Source of the DNA: an uncultured Verrucomicrobiota bacterium
Lineage (GTDB): Bacteria; Verrucomicrobiota; Kiritimatiellia; RFP12; UBA3636
Assembly (NCBI GenBank): GCA_937911295.1
Contig: CALDQE010000074.1
Coordinates: 46,959 to 110,958, forward strand
Reading direction: 5' to 3'
Length of the DNA: 64,000 bases
In this document: positions 18,321-28,920 of the stretch, one piece after another
Layout of the letters: every line of letters begins with the position of its first letter
How positions within the stretch are numbered: the stretch's first letter is position 1
Position numbers and translations under genes: made by a program
The notes under the pieces: generated by a model
Told to the model about the DNA's origin: nothing
Seen by the model: the letters and a program-made list of their open reading frames with translations, nothing else
Databases searched by the model: none

Positions 18321-21005
18321 ATGGATAAGCATTTTAACCCAAAAGAAATCGAAGCTAAATGGTACCCATGGTGGGAAAACACTGGTAAATTCCGTCCTTC
18401 TGGTGTTGGCGAGCCATATAGTATGGTTATTCCACCACCTAATGTCACAGGTATTTTGCATATGGGGCATGCTCTTAATGACACAATCCAGGATGTTCTT
18501 GCTCGTTGGCGTAGGATGCAGGGGCGTGATGTTTTGTGGGTTCCTGGCACTGACCATGCTGGCATTGCAACACAGAATGTTGTTGAAAAGGCACTTCGCA
18601 AGGAAAATATGCGCCGTCAGGACTTAGGTCGTGAAAAATTTATTGAGCGCGTATGGGAATGGCGAAAGCAATATGGTGGCACGATTGTTCGTCAGCTACG
18701 TAGTCTTGGTTGCTCCTGCGATTGGGATCATGAGCGTTTTACAATGGATGAAGGTTTAAGCAAGGCTGTTGCTGAAGTCTTCTGTAAAATGTATGATGAA
18801 GACCTAATCTATCGTGGGAACTACATCGTAAACTGGTGTCCTCGTTGTGGTACAGCTCTTGCAGATGATGAAATTGAGCACGAGCCAAACAGCGGTCACT
18901 TGTGGCACATCCGCTACCCTGTTGTAGGCTCAGAAGGTGAATATATTCAGGTTGCAACAACTCGCCCAGAAACACTTCCTGGCGATACCGCAGTTGCTAT
19001 CAATCCCAAAGATGAGCGTTACACACATCTACATGGCAAGAAAGTGCTTCTACCTCTATCTAATCGCGAAATTCCTATTGTAGTGGATGATTATGTAGAG
19101 CGCGAATTTGGTACAGGCGTAGTAAAGATTACTCCTGCACACGATCCAAACGATTTCCAGGTTGCTGGCCGTCATAATCTACCAATGGTTAATATTATGA
19201 ATGGTGACGGCACTATGAATGAGCTTTCTGGCTATGAGGGCATGGATCGCTTTGAATGCCGCAAGAAGATTGTTGAAGATTTGGAAAAAGGCGGTTACCT
19301 TGTAAAGGTTGAGGACTACCAGAACTCAGTTGGCCACTGTTATCGTTGCCACACAGTTGTTGAATCACGTCTTTCAAAGCAGTGGTTTGTTCGCATGAAG
19401 CCACTTGCAGAGAAGGCACTTGAGGCAGTACGCTCTGGCGATATTGTTTTCACACCTAAGCGCTATGAAACAACCTATTTCAATTGGTTGGAGAATATTA
19501 GAGATTGGTGTATTTCTCGTCAAATTTGGTGGGGACATCGCATCCCTGTTTATACTTGCGAAAAGTGCGGCAAAGAGTGGGCTGCAACAGAGGCTCCAGA
19601 GGTTTGCCCAAAATGTGGTGCAACTAAGGAATTTATCTCTCAGGATGAGGATGTGCTAGACACATGGTTCTCTTCATGGCTATGGCCATTCTCTACATTA
19701 GGCTGGCCAGAGGCTGAGAGTGCAGATCTAAAGCGCTACTACCCTACATGTGATCTATGCACAGCACCAGACATTATCTTCTTCTGGGTTGCTCGTATGA
19801 TTATGGCTGGTTGCAAGTTTATGGATGAGGTACCATTCCGAAATGTTGTGCTTCACGGCGTTGTTCGCGATGATAAGGGTCGCAAGATGTCTAAATCACT
19901 TGGTAACTCGATTGATCCACTCAATATTATTGAGAAATATAGTGCCGACTCTCTTCGCTTTACATTGATGCAGACAACATCACCAGGTATGGATGTATAC
20001 ATTAATGAAGAAAAATTTGAGCTAGGCCGTAACTTTGGCACAAAGCTTTGGAATGCTGCTCGCTTCATTGTTTCTTGTGCAGAAAATTCTGGAGATACCA
20101 TTCCTTGGCGCGAGGTAGCAACAGCAGAGCCAAAGCTAAATCCAGAGCTATTGAATGATGATGACCGCCATATTTTAATTGCTTGCAACCGTATGCTAGC
20201 GAATGTCACAGCTGCATTGGAGAAATATCGCTTCCAAGATGCTGCTCTTGCTGCTTATGACTTTGCTTGGAGCACCTTCTGCGATCGCTATCTAGAAGGG
20301 GCAAAGGCAGAATTACGTAGCGATAATGCAGAGCGTCGTGCACAGAAATTTGCAATTCTTGCAAGTGTATATGGCAAGCTAATTCGCGTGCTACATCCAT
20401 TTATGCCATTCATTACAGAAGAGCTATGGCATCAGTTAGACTACGCTGGAAATGAGGAGTCAATTATGACTGCTCCTTGGCCAGCAGAGCTTTCTGAGGA
20501 GTGCACCATTAAATATGGTCTCAACGATGATATCTTTGATTATGTTGAAAACCGCCATGAGCTAGTAACAACTGGTCGTGCACTTAGAACCGAGTGCAAG
20601 CTTAATCCAAAACAGGAAATTACTGCCGTAATTATAGCTAAGGATCAAACCACTGTTGAGCGATTGATTAGAGATGCTGAGGCAATTAAACTTGCCCTCC
20701 GTGCAACTAAGCTTGAGATATCAACAGAAGGTAATGCTTCTGGTATGCCAACTGCAGGTTGTTCACTTGGCTCTATCGGTATTCCTCTTGATGGACTAAT
20801 TGATGTTGCAAAGGAGACCGCTCGAATTGAAGAAGAATTAAAGAAGCTTCGCGGCTTCCTTGCTACTGTTGAGGCAAAGCTTTCTAACGAGAATTTTGTC
20901 AATAAGGCTCCTGCTGCAATTTTACAACAGCAAAAGGATCGCAAGGAAGAGCTTGTTGCCGAAATCGAGCGTCAGACCAAGCTATTGCAATCCTTGAAAG
21001 CATAA
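18321..21005 (+). CDS. valS: Valine--tRNA ligase
   Basis: It has the HIGH motif (PPPNVTGILHMGHALN), KMSKS (KMSKSLGN) and a C-terminal coiled coil. The 894-aa length fits. Confidence 0.95.
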   Translation: MDKHFNPKEIEAKWYPWWENTGKFRPSGVGEPYSMVIPPPNVTGILHMGHALNDTIQDVLARWRRMQGRDVLWVPGTDHAGIATQNVVEKALRKENMRRQDLGREKFIERVWEWRKQYGGTIVRQLRSLGCSCDWDHERFTMDEGLSKAVAEVFCKMYDEDLIYRGNYIVNWCPRCGTALADDEIEHEPNSGHLWHIRYPVVGSEGEYIQVATTRPETLPGDTAVAINPKDERYTHLHGKKVLLPLSNREIPIVVDDYVEREFGTGVVKITPAHDPNDFQVAGRHNLPMVNIMNGDGTMNELSGYEGMDRFECRKKIVEDLEKGGYLVKVEDYQNSVGHCYRCHTVVESRLSKQWFVRMKPLAEKALEAVRSGDIVFTPKRYETTYFNWLENIRDWCISRQIWWGHRIPVYTCEKCGKEWAATEAPEVCPKCGATKEFISQDEDVLDTWFSSWLWPFSTLGWPEAESADLKRYYPTCDLCTAPDIIFFWVARMIMAGCKFMDEVPFRNVVLHGVVRDDKGRKMSKSLGNSIDPLNIIEKYSADSLRFTLMQTTSPGMDVYINEEKFELGRNFGTKLWNAARFIVSCAENSGDTIPWREVATAEPKLNPELLNDDDRHILIACNRMLANVTAALEKYRFQDAALAAYDFAWSTFCDRYLEGAKAELRSDNAERRAQKFAILASVYGKLIRVLHPFMPFITEELWHQLDYAGNEESIMTAPWPAELSEECTIKYGLNDDIFDYVENRHELVTTGRALRTECKLNPKQEITAVIIAKDQTTVERLIRDAEAIKLALRATKLEISTEGNASGMPTAGCSLGSIGIPLDGLIDVAKETARIEEELKKLRGFLATVEAKLSNENFVNKAPAAILQQQKDRKEELVAEIERQTKLLQSLKA

Positions 21006-21092
21006 AGCGTCCTGCTCTAGCGTAAATTTTAGCTAGGGCAGGAAAATCATCCTGCCACCCACATTTGTTATTTACCCTTTATTGGAGACCAA

Positions 21093-21497
21093 ATGAAAAT
21101 CCTAAAGCACATTTCTTCTCTTTGGCTGACAATTGTAATAGTCGCCTTTTGCATTTCTGGTTGTAAAACAACAACTATTTTGGAAGACACTAAAAATAAG
21201 GGCAATCTCTCTATTCAGGTCATCCTCAACACTGATGGCACTTTTACATATTTGGGTGATGTGTATGAGCGCGATGAGATACCAAAAGTCTTAAAGAAAA
21301 CTGGTGCAAGCATGGGGCGTTCCGTTACAATAAAGGCAAATAACAATGTGAAAAGGAAGGCTCTTGTTGAGGCACGTCAATTCCTTGTTTATAAAGGCTT
21401 CCCGAATGTGACAATTGTTACGCAAAAGCTTGCTTTTGCATACGAAGAACCAATAGACGGAGAAAGCACAAGCAAAGAATCTGATAGTGCTAAATAA
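21093..21497 (+). CDS. Small lipoprotein of unknown function with an ExbD/TolR-like periplasmic-domain pattern
   Basis: It has a lipobox (ISGC). The IQVILNTDG...VTIKANNNV...VTIV pattern resembles ExbD. Confidence 0.45.
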   Translation: MKILKHISSLWLTIVIVAFCISGCKTTTILEDTKNKGNLSIQVILNTDGTFTYLGDVYERDEIPKVLKKTGASMGRSVTIKANNNVKRKALVEARQFLVYKGFPNVTIVTQKLAFAYEEPIDGESTSKESDSAK

Positions 21498-21499
21498 TT

Positions 21500-22738
21500 A
21501 TGTCTTTGACAAAATCATCCTCTCAAAACAACACTGCGACTTCACCGCTACGCATACTTTTGGTTCACAATCGCTATAAGCTACGTGGTGGAGAGGATAG
21601 TGTATTTGAAGCAGAGCGAGATATGCTTATTGCTGCAGGGCATATTGTCAATGTATACGAGATAACTAATGAGACTATAGGCGAAAAAACCTCAAAGCTC
21701 AAGCTCTTTTTTAACACTATTTGGAGTAAAGCTTCGTACAAAGCAATTTCCCAAATATTAAGGGACTTCAAGCCGGATGTAGTACACTGCCACAACACAT
21801 TTCCACTTCTTTCTCCATCTATTTACTATGCTTGTGACAAGGCAGGAATTCCTGTTGTGCAAACCCTGCACAACTATCGCCTTACATGCTTAAATGGATA
21901 TCTTTTTAGAGAGCAGGAATGTCAGTTATGTGAGAAATGTTTAGGCAAATCTCCTATTCGTGGTGTTTTCAAAAAATGCTACCGTAATTCTCTTATAGCA
22001 TCCGCAACTGTTGCTGCTATGCTTTTGATACATCGACTGCTTGGCACATACCGAAAAAAAGTTACCAAATACATAGCACTTAGCCATTTTGCCAAGTACA
22101 ATTTCACTAAAAAATGTGGTTTACCTGAAGACAAGGTAGTTGTTAAGCCAAATATTGTCACACTACCAAAAGAGATACCCCAATTACATAAAGAAAAAAA
22201 CGTACTTTTTATTGGTAGAATTTCGCCTGAGAAAGGGGTTAAAACCCTTATTTCTGCATGGAGCTTGCTCAAAGACACTTTTGGATTTAAACTCATTATT
22301 ATCGGTGATGGACCAGAAAAGGATACACTTTCACAGAAATACCAAAATAATAAATCAATCTCTTTCTTAGGTGGATTACCTCACGATGAAGTAATTATCC
22401 AATTAACCAAAGCATCATTGCTTGTTTTCCCTTCTATATTGTACGAGCAATTTGCAATTACTCCTATTGAAGCAATGTCTCAAGCTACTCCTGTCCTTGT
22501 CTCAGACATTGCTAAAAATTCAACAATCGTCCAGGACAACATTTCTGGACGTTACTTCAAAGCTGGCGATATCAATGATCTTGCAGCAAAGCTTGCCGAG
22601 CTATTGAGCGACACCAACAAGCTCATTACGCTTGGCACGGCAGCAAAAGCAGCCTTTGAGCAAAGCGACTGCTCAACAGAAAGCAATCTCCGTGCCTTAG
22701 AAGCCATTTATCACTCAATTCTAGCTCCTAGGAAATAG
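21500..22738 (+). CDS. Glycosyltransferase family 4 (GT-B fold)
   Basis: It has the GT4 motif GRISPEKG and a E-x7-E-like C-terminal domain. Confidence 0.85.
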   Translation: MSLTKSSSQNNTATSPLRILLVHNRYKLRGGEDSVFEAERDMLIAAGHIVNVYEITNETIGEKTSKLKLFFNTIWSKASYKAISQILRDFKPDVVHCHNTFPLLSPSIYYACDKAGIPVVQTLHNYRLTCLNGYLFREQECQLCEKCLGKSPIRGVFKKCYRNSLIASATVAAMLLIHRLLGTYRKKVTKYIALSHFAKYNFTKKCGLPEDKVVVKPNIVTLPKEIPQLHKEKNVLFIGRISPEKGVKTLISAWSLLKDTFGFKLIIIGDGPEKDTLSQKYQNNKSISFLGGLPHDEVIIQLTKASLLVFPSILYEQFAITPIEAMSQATPVLVSDIAKNSTIVQDNISGRYFKAGDINDLAAKLAELLSDTNKLITLGTAAKAAFEQSDCSTESNLRALEAIYHSILAPRK

Positions 22739-23032
22739 AGAACAACCAATGTAAATGAATGTACAGAGTGCTACTGCTCGTGCACCACTTTTATTATTCA
22801 ATTTGTGAGGAGCTTCAAAAGCGCGTCTATGCTTCCAATTCACTACTCCATTCAACCACGCAAACCAAGCGCAAACCAAATTAAAAAGTGCTAACATTTT
22901 TCTTGCTTTTTCTTCCAAAAAAGAGCACAATCTACTTTTAATTTTTTCTATTATAATATGTATAGAAATAAACGAACACAAATTTAACACTAAACACATA
23001 TTTTTAAAGGTAAATAATACGAGGTAATCGTA

Positions 23033-25378
23033 ATGAATATAAAATCAAAATTCTCTGCATTCCTAGCGGTTATTTTAGCTACAACCGCTATAGCTTTAGC
23101 TTCTGATATGATATCTTCTGCTGAGACACCTTCCGTGATTCCACAGGTTGAAGAAGCTGTAGCTTCTGCTGAAAATGCGATTACCCAATCTGAAAATGCT
23201 CCTGCCGTTGAAGATTCAAATAAGGAATGCCACGAAGAAGAGTGTAATGCACCAGAGTCAAAATATGCTCAAGACCACAAGCACGATATGAAGCACAAAA
23301 TGACTGTACTTGCATTCCAAATCGGCATAATTCTTTTTGCTGCTCGACTTGGTGGTATGCTTGCAGAAAAAGTAAATCTACCAAGCGTTCTTGGAGAGCT
23401 TGGTGCTGGTATCGTAATCGGACCTTTTGCTTTGGGTAAAATTCCTCTAGGACACTTCTTCCACTATGGTTTATTCCCTGAATGGTCTGCTGAGTTTGCT
23501 ATCTCGCCAGAGCTCTATGGTATCTGCTCTATTGCTTCAATCGTTCTATTATTCCTAGCTGGCGTAGAGACCGACTTAAAGATGTTTATGCGCTACTCTC
23601 TTGCTGGATCTATCGTAGGTATTGGTGGTGTTGTTGCTTCCTTTGTTGCTGGCGACCTACTTGCACTATATTTCCTTCCAAAGCTAGGGCTTGCTGATGC
23701 TGGTCTAAGCTTCCTTGACCCAGGTCCTCTATTCCTAGGTATTATGTCAACCGCAACATCTGTTGGTATTACTGCACGTATCCTTTCTGAAAGAAAGAAA
23801 ATTGACTCAGAGGAAGGCGTAACAATTATGGCTGGTGCTGTAATTGATGATGTTCTTGGTATTATTGTTTTAGCAATCGGCTTAGGTGTTATAGGTAGCA
23901 AGAGTGGTGCAGATAGCTCTGCAAGCATTGATTGGGCAAACATCGGCATAATCGCTGCAAAAGCCTTTGGTGTATGGTTAATTTCTACAATTATTGGTAT
24001 TATTGCTGCTCACCGCATCAGTGGTCTATTAAAGCTATTCAAGAGCCCTCTATCAATCGCAACTATGGCACTTGGTCTTGCCCTAATCCTTTCTGGCTTC
24101 TTTGAAACAATGGGTCTAGCAATGATTATCGGTGCTTATGTAATGGGTCTAGCACTAAGCAAAACCGATATTCGCTATGTAATCCATGAAAATCTACATG
24201 CTGTTTACACATTCCTTGTTCCAATATTCTTCTGCGTAATGGGTATGATGGTAGATTTAAGTGCACTTGCAACAAAGAGTGTCCTTATCTTTGGTGGTGT
24301 TTATACCATATTCGCAATCCTTGCAAAGCTTCTTGGTTGCTGCTTCCCTGCAATGGCTTGTGGCTTCAATTTCCGTGGTGGCCTCCGTATCGGTGCTGGT
24401 ATGATTCCACGTGGCGAGGTTGCACTTATCGTTGCTGGCATCGGTTTATCTGGTGGCTACCTAACAAAGGAAATTTTTGGTGTTGGTATCCTTATGACTC
24501 TAGTAACAACAGTTGCTGCTCCAACAATCCTTATCCAACTGTTTAAATCTCCAGCTTCAGGTCTTCGTAAGCCAACAGTTGAATCTGAAAAATCAAGAGG
24601 TCTAGAATTTGAGCTTCCAAATGCTCAAGCTGCTGAAATGATGTGCGAAAAGCTTCTAACAGAATTTCGTCGTGAAGGCTTCTTTACACACACACTAAGC
24701 ATCAAGGACCATATCTGGCAGGTTCGTAAGGATGAAATGGAAATCGGCATTCACCGTGACAGAAATATTATCACTTTCGAGTGCACCCCAACAGAGCGCA
24801 ATTTTGTTGCTACAGCAGTTCTTGAGGTTACAACAGATCTTGCAATTCTAGCAAATGCTCTTCGCAAGCCTGTTACCACAGACAATATTTCTCGAATGGT
24901 TAATGACTCCGATGCTCCTGACACCAAGGATAACACAATTGCAAAATACATCAATTCTTTCATTATGTGTCCATCAATTGAAGGTGGTAGCAAGCAAGAG
25001 GTAATAACAAAGCTCTGCCATATACTTTATGAGAAGAGCTTAATCTCAAATGAAGAGGAAACCGTTAAAGCGATCTTTAACCGCGAGTCTGCTATGTCAA
25101 CTGGACTAGAGAATGGTCTTGCTGTTCCTCATGCCCGTATTAACACAGCAACAGATTTAGTTGGTGTTGTTGCAACAATCCGCGATGGTGTTAAAGATTA
25201 CAACACAATTGACAATAGCATTGTTAAGGTTATTCTTCTAACACTATCTCCAGAGGAGGCAAATACTCCTCACCTTCGTATGATTTCTCATGTTGGTAAG
25301 ACTCTTGACGCTCAGGCCATAGAAAAGCTTCTAAAGGCAGAAACAGAGCAGGCAATGCGAGAAATTTTGCTAGGCTAA
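23033..25378 (+). CDS. CPA2-family monovalent cation:proton antiporter fused to a C-terminal PTS EIIA(Ntr/Fru)-type regulatory domain
   Basis: It begins with a signal peptide and a His/Lys-rich segment. A roughly 400-aa 12-TM Na_H-exchanger core (MTVLAFQIGIILFAARLGGMLAEKVNLPSVLGELGAGIVIGP) follows. The C-terminal roughly 150 aa carry the EIIA-2 His motif (GLAVPHARI). Confidence 0.8.
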   Translation: MNIKSKFSAFLAVILATTAIALASDMISSAETPSVIPQVEEAVASAENAITQSENAPAVEDSNKECHEEECNAPESKYAQDHKHDMKHKMTVLAFQIGIILFAARLGGMLAEKVNLPSVLGELGAGIVIGPFALGKIPLGHFFHYGLFPEWSAEFAISPELYGICSIASIVLLFLAGVETDLKMFMRYSLAGSIVGIGGVVASFVAGDLLALYFLPKLGLADAGLSFLDPGPLFLGIMSTATSVGITARILSERKKIDSEEGVTIMAGAVIDDVLGIIVLAIGLGVIGSKSGADSSASIDWANIGIIAAKAFGVWLISTIIGIIAAHRISGLLKLFKSPLSIATMALGLALILSGFFETMGLAMIIGAYVMGLALSKTDIRYVIHENLHAVYTFLVPIFFCVMGMMVDLSALATKSVLIFGGVYTIFAILAKLLGCCFPAMACGFNFRGGLRIGAGMIPRGEVALIVAGIGLSGGYLTKEIFGVGILMTLVTTVAAPTILIQLFKSPASGLRKPTVESEKSRGLEFELPNAQAAEMMCEKLLTEFRREGFFTHTLSIKDHIWQVRKDEMEIGIHRDRNIITFECTPTERNFVATAVLEVTTDLAILANALRKPVTTDNISRMVNDSDAPDTKDNTIAKYINSFIMCPSIEGGSKQEVITKLCHILYEKSLISNEEETVKAIFNRESAMSTGLENGLAVPHARINTATDLVGVVATIRDGVKDYNTIDNSIVKVILLTLSPEEANTPHLRMISHVGKTLDAQAIEKLLKAETEQAMREILLG

Positions 25379-25527
25379 AATAAATTACTACAAGTAAAAA
25401 AATATATACAGAAATTGCTTTCCAACTTCGTTTGGATTTACTTACTCATAAATATAAGCAAGCAATCCAAAAGCTTTTGGTTAGCATTTTCTGTTTAATG
25501 TAAACCTTATTAAATAAAAGAACTATA

Positions 25528-28500
25528 GTGGCAAAATTCCTTTACACAAAAGAAAAAATGATTTCCTGGGGAGGCCCAGATGTTTACTATGAGGCAGAAA
25601 AGAATTATTATCTTGCTGCAAAAGTAGTTAAGGCAGAATTTGACGGCACCAAAGCGACTGGCACCATTATGCATGGAGGTCGCCCCATCAATACAGGCTT
25701 TCAAATTACATCTAGCGGGCTAATGGAGTCATTTTGTCCATGTGCAAAGAATCGTGACGAGGGCAAGATTTGTCCTCATGTTATTGCCATAGCGATTGCC
25801 CTTGTTCGTAAAACTATTGCGTTAGAACGGCTCGCAGAAAAGGAACAAGAGCGTCAGCACGCAAATCGCTTCGCCCTCTCGCAAGAAAAACAGCTTCTTG
25901 TTGTCCGCTCCCCCAAAGGGCAGCCAGCAGACCTACGCATACGCCTTCCACAAAATTGGCATAAGCAATTCCTTGACGGTGAAATAAATATAGAATGCTT
26001 AGCCAACATTCCTGGCGGCGGGAATAACATCTCTATAGCATATCTAGCAGAGCGGAAAATACCAATTTCTCTTTCAAAAGAAAATTCCTTTCTTCTTGAT
26101 ACAATTGAGGACATTTGCGAAGGACGTATCACAAACCCAATAAAACTGACGAAACGCGATTTTATCTGTTTGATTGATCAGCTTGGCTCAATGAATCGCC
26201 CAATATATTTGTCCGGTGGAAACCCAATTTCTATTGAGTCAACAAAGGTGGAATCAAAGCTCTCGCTTGATTTAGATCGTGAAACTGGCGAGCTACTGAT
26301 GTTTCTTAACACAGATATTCCTGGAGCAAAGGATGGCGACATCCCAAACTATGTAGTCTTCAATAATTCTGGATGGGCATTCTTGAAGGGACACCTTTGG
26401 CCGATTTCCCAAGTTCTCCCTAGCCCATATCACCAGGTCTACCACGAGACCATTGCTATCCCACGAACAGAAACTATTCGTTTTTTAAAGCACGAGCTTG
26501 AAAATATAAAGCATATGCTCCCAGTGGATTTAGAATTCCCTGTAGAACAAATAATAGAGCTCCCAGCAATCCCCAAAATGTCACTAAAAGTAAGTGGCTC
26601 TCCTGCGTCTGTGCGTATGACACTTTATGCTCGGTATGGCACAAAAGACAACCCTCAGCTTGTCCCTGCTGGAGCCTCTGCTGCTGCCACCACAATCTCT
26701 ATACCAGACGAAAATGACCCTCTCACATTCCATACCAGAAATCTCTTTGTAGAGAAGGCTGCCATCTCCCTACTAAAGCAGCTCGGCATCAGTGGAGAAA
26801 CTGGCTCTTCAATCAGTCCTATTGTGGGCGAACATTATGTCCTGAATTTTATCGGCACCACAATTCCGACCCTCAGAAGAAAAGGCTGGTATGTTATCCT
26901 TGATGACAAGCTTGACGAATTTGTAAACAATCAAGATAGCATTATCCCTCTAATCAAAATTGAAAAAGCTCCCACACCTGGCTACTTCGATGTATCATAC
27001 TCATTCTATGCTCCACCTGATAGGATAGTCCCACACACCGATATCCAGCGTGCAATAACCAAGGGCGATGCTTATATTACCGAAGGCGATAAAATTACCT
27101 TCGTTGATATTAATGCAATCAATACCCTGCGCGATGTTTTTTACGATTGCTCAGAGGGTGCTGGGCAAAAGCCAGGATCCTTCCGTGTTCGCGAAATCTA
27201 TGCTTCATACCTAAAATCATCAATCGAAGCACTTGATGGATCTGATGTTGACCCAGACTCTTCTCCCCGCTGGATGAAGCTCGCAGAAGCAACTGAGCAT
27301 GCCCGACAAATAACCGAAGTCGAGCTTGATGAGCCTCTCTGCTCTACCCTGCGCCCATATCAGAAAAAAGGTGTCGCTTGGCTACGCTTCCTTGAGCAAA
27401 ACAACATGGGTGGAATTCTTGCCGACGAAATGGGCTTAGGTAAAACACTACAAACCCTCTCTTGGATTTCCCTTGAGCGGACAAATCCTGAGGATCGCAC
27501 AAAGCCTGTAATTGTGGTTTGTCCAACAAGCCTTGTTGAAAACTGGATGCACGAAGCAGCCAAATTTGTTCCACACCTAAAGACTCTTCTAATTTCCGGT
27601 GCAAATAGGGCCTCCCTCTTTAACAAAATTCCAGAAGCAAACATTGTTGTCACTTCATACGCCCTTATTCGACGCGACATTGAAAAATATGAGCAATACG
27701 AATTTGCAGCAGTTATTCTTGATGAAGCTCAAAACATCAAGAACCGCACAACTCAAAATGCAACCGCTGTTAAGCAGCTTCGTGCAAATATACATTTTGT
27801 TCTTACTGGTACCCCAATAGAAAACAGCGTAGCTGACCTTTGGTCAATTATGGATTTCTTGCTTCCAACATATCTTGGAAGCTATGAGACATTTAAGCAA
27901 AACTACGAAATTCCAATCAGTCTGCCTCCTGAAAATCCACATTCTGAGGCAGCAAAATTGAAACTCCGTAGAAAGCTGCATCCTTTCCTATTACGTCGTA
28001 AAAAAACAGAGGTTGCTAAGGACTTGCCACCCAAGCTTGAAAAACTCTCTTGGTGCACTCTATCAAATGACCAGCAGTTCGTATATGATCAATTTCTTGC
28101 AAAGTGCAAATCAGAGGTTACTTCTTTGGTTAAGGAGAAGGGCTTTGAGCGTAGCCGAATGGAAATACTCTCTATCCTCCTAAGACTACGCCAGATTTGC
28201 TGTCACCTAGCATTGCTTGGAGACGCAAACCCACTACCAGACTCTAAAGAACCATCTGCAAAGCTAGAGCAATTCTTTGAATTCTTTGAGCAAGCCACCT
28301 CCGATGGGCACCGCATTCTCGTATTTAGCCAATTTGTTAAAATGCTGCAGCTAATTCGAAAAGAGCTAGAGGCTCGCGGCATCAAATTCTGCTATCTTGA
28401 TGGAAGCAGCAAGGATCGCATGGAAAGCGTTATGCGCTTTAATTTTGACACCTCCATTCCAATATTCCTCATCAGCCTCAAGGCAGGAGGCACGGGCTTA

Positions 28501-28764
28501 AATCTAACCGGTGCAGACACAGTAATTCATTTTGACCCATGGTGGAACCCTGCCGTCGAGGATCAGGCAACAGACCGTGCTCACCGCATTGGCCAAAAGA
28601 ATACTGTTTACAACATGAAGCTTATTACTGCTGGCACAGTGGAAGAAAAAGTCCTTGAAATGCAAAACCGCAAGCGTGCAATCATCGGTGCAACCATTGA
28701 GTCTGACGAGTCCACCATGAGCAAGCTCACATGGGATGACATCAAGGAAATCCTTGAGCTATAA
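25528..28764 (+). CDS. SNF2-family DNA-dependent ATPase/helicase with an N-terminal SWIM zinc finger
   Basis: The SWIM motif is CPC-x7-KICPH. SNF2_N motifs are LADEMGLGKTLQ and the DEAQNIKN (DExx) box. A helicase-C domain is also present (QATDRAHRIGQ). Confidence 0.9.
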   Translation: MAKFLYTKEKMISWGGPDVYYEAEKNYYLAAKVVKAEFDGTKATGTIMHGGRPINTGFQITSSGLMESFCPCAKNRDEGKICPHVIAIAIALVRKTIALERLAEKEQERQHANRFALSQEKQLLVVRSPKGQPADLRIRLPQNWHKQFLDGEINIECLANIPGGGNNISIAYLAERKIPISLSKENSFLLDTIEDICEGRITNPIKLTKRDFICLIDQLGSMNRPIYLSGGNPISIESTKVESKLSLDLDRETGELLMFLNTDIPGAKDGDIPNYVVFNNSGWAFLKGHLWPISQVLPSPYHQVYHETIAIPRTETIRFLKHELENIKHMLPVDLEFPVEQIIELPAIPKMSLKVSGSPASVRMTLYARYGTKDNPQLVPAGASAAATTISIPDENDPLTFHTRNLFVEKAAISLLKQLGISGETGSSISPIVGEHYVLNFIGTTIPTLRRKGWYVILDDKLDEFVNNQDSIIPLIKIEKAPTPGYFDVSYSFYAPPDRIVPHTDIQRAITKGDAYITEGDKITFVDINAINTLRDVFYDCSEGAGQKPGSFRVREIYASYLKSSIEALDGSDVDPDSSPRWMKLAEATEHARQITEVELDEPLCSTLRPYQKKGVAWLRFLEQNNMGGILADEMGLGKTLQTLSWISLERTNPEDRTKPVIVVCPTSLVENWMHEAAKFVPHLKTLLISGANRASLFNKIPEANIVVTSYALIRRDIEKYEQYEFAAVILDEAQNIKNRTTQNATAVKQLRANIHFVLTGTPIENSVADLWSIMDFLLPTYLGSYETFKQNYEIPISLPPENPHSEAAKLKLRRKLHPFLLRRKKTEVAKDLPPKLEKLSWCTLSNDQQFVYDQFLAKCKSEVTSLVKEKGFERSRMEILSILLRLRQICCHLALLGDANPLPDSKEPSAKLEQFFEFFEQATSDGHRILVFSQFVKMLQLIRKELEARGIKFCYLDGSSKDRMESVMRFNFDTSIPIFLISLKAGGTGLNLTGADTVIHFDPWWNPAVEDQATDRAHRIGQKNTVYNMKLITAGTVEEKVLEMQNRKRAIIGATIESDESTMSKLTWDDIKEILEL

Positions 28765-28833
28765 TTTCTAAAAATAGCTATTGCCTCCCATCTCAAATAT
28801 CTCCTTTGTAAGCCCATTTTTCCCCAAAAACCT

Positions 28834-28920
28834 CCAAAAGGTGCAATTAATACCACCAAAATACCCCCAAAAGGTGCAATTAACACCCAAAAAAACACCC
28901 CTAAAAGGTGCAATTAACTA
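28834..28920. repeat. Imperfect tandem direct repeat with period 33-34 bp, about 2.6 copies, and core AAAAGGTGCAATTAA[TC]AC
   Basis: Cores start at 28836, 28869 and 28903 in the convergent intergenic region. They are the cause of the LIAPFGG-repeat artefact ORF on the minus strand. Confidence 0.8.

Noticed and set aside
22721-22999. 92-aa minus-strand ORF between the GT4 and antiporter genes
   Set aside because: It overlaps the GT4 3' end and has no supporting signals. It is likely spurious.
28608-28913. 101-aa minus-strand ORF with repeated LIAPFGG peptide motif
   Set aside because: The peptide repeat is simply the translation of the 33-bp DNA tandem repeat. The ORF overlaps the 3' end of the SNF2 gene in antisense.
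28834-28920. Possible CRISPR array
   Set aside because: There are only about 2.6 units, the repeat core is 15 bp and AT-rich, the spacers are C/A-rich low-complexity sequence of unequal length, and no cas genes are nearby.
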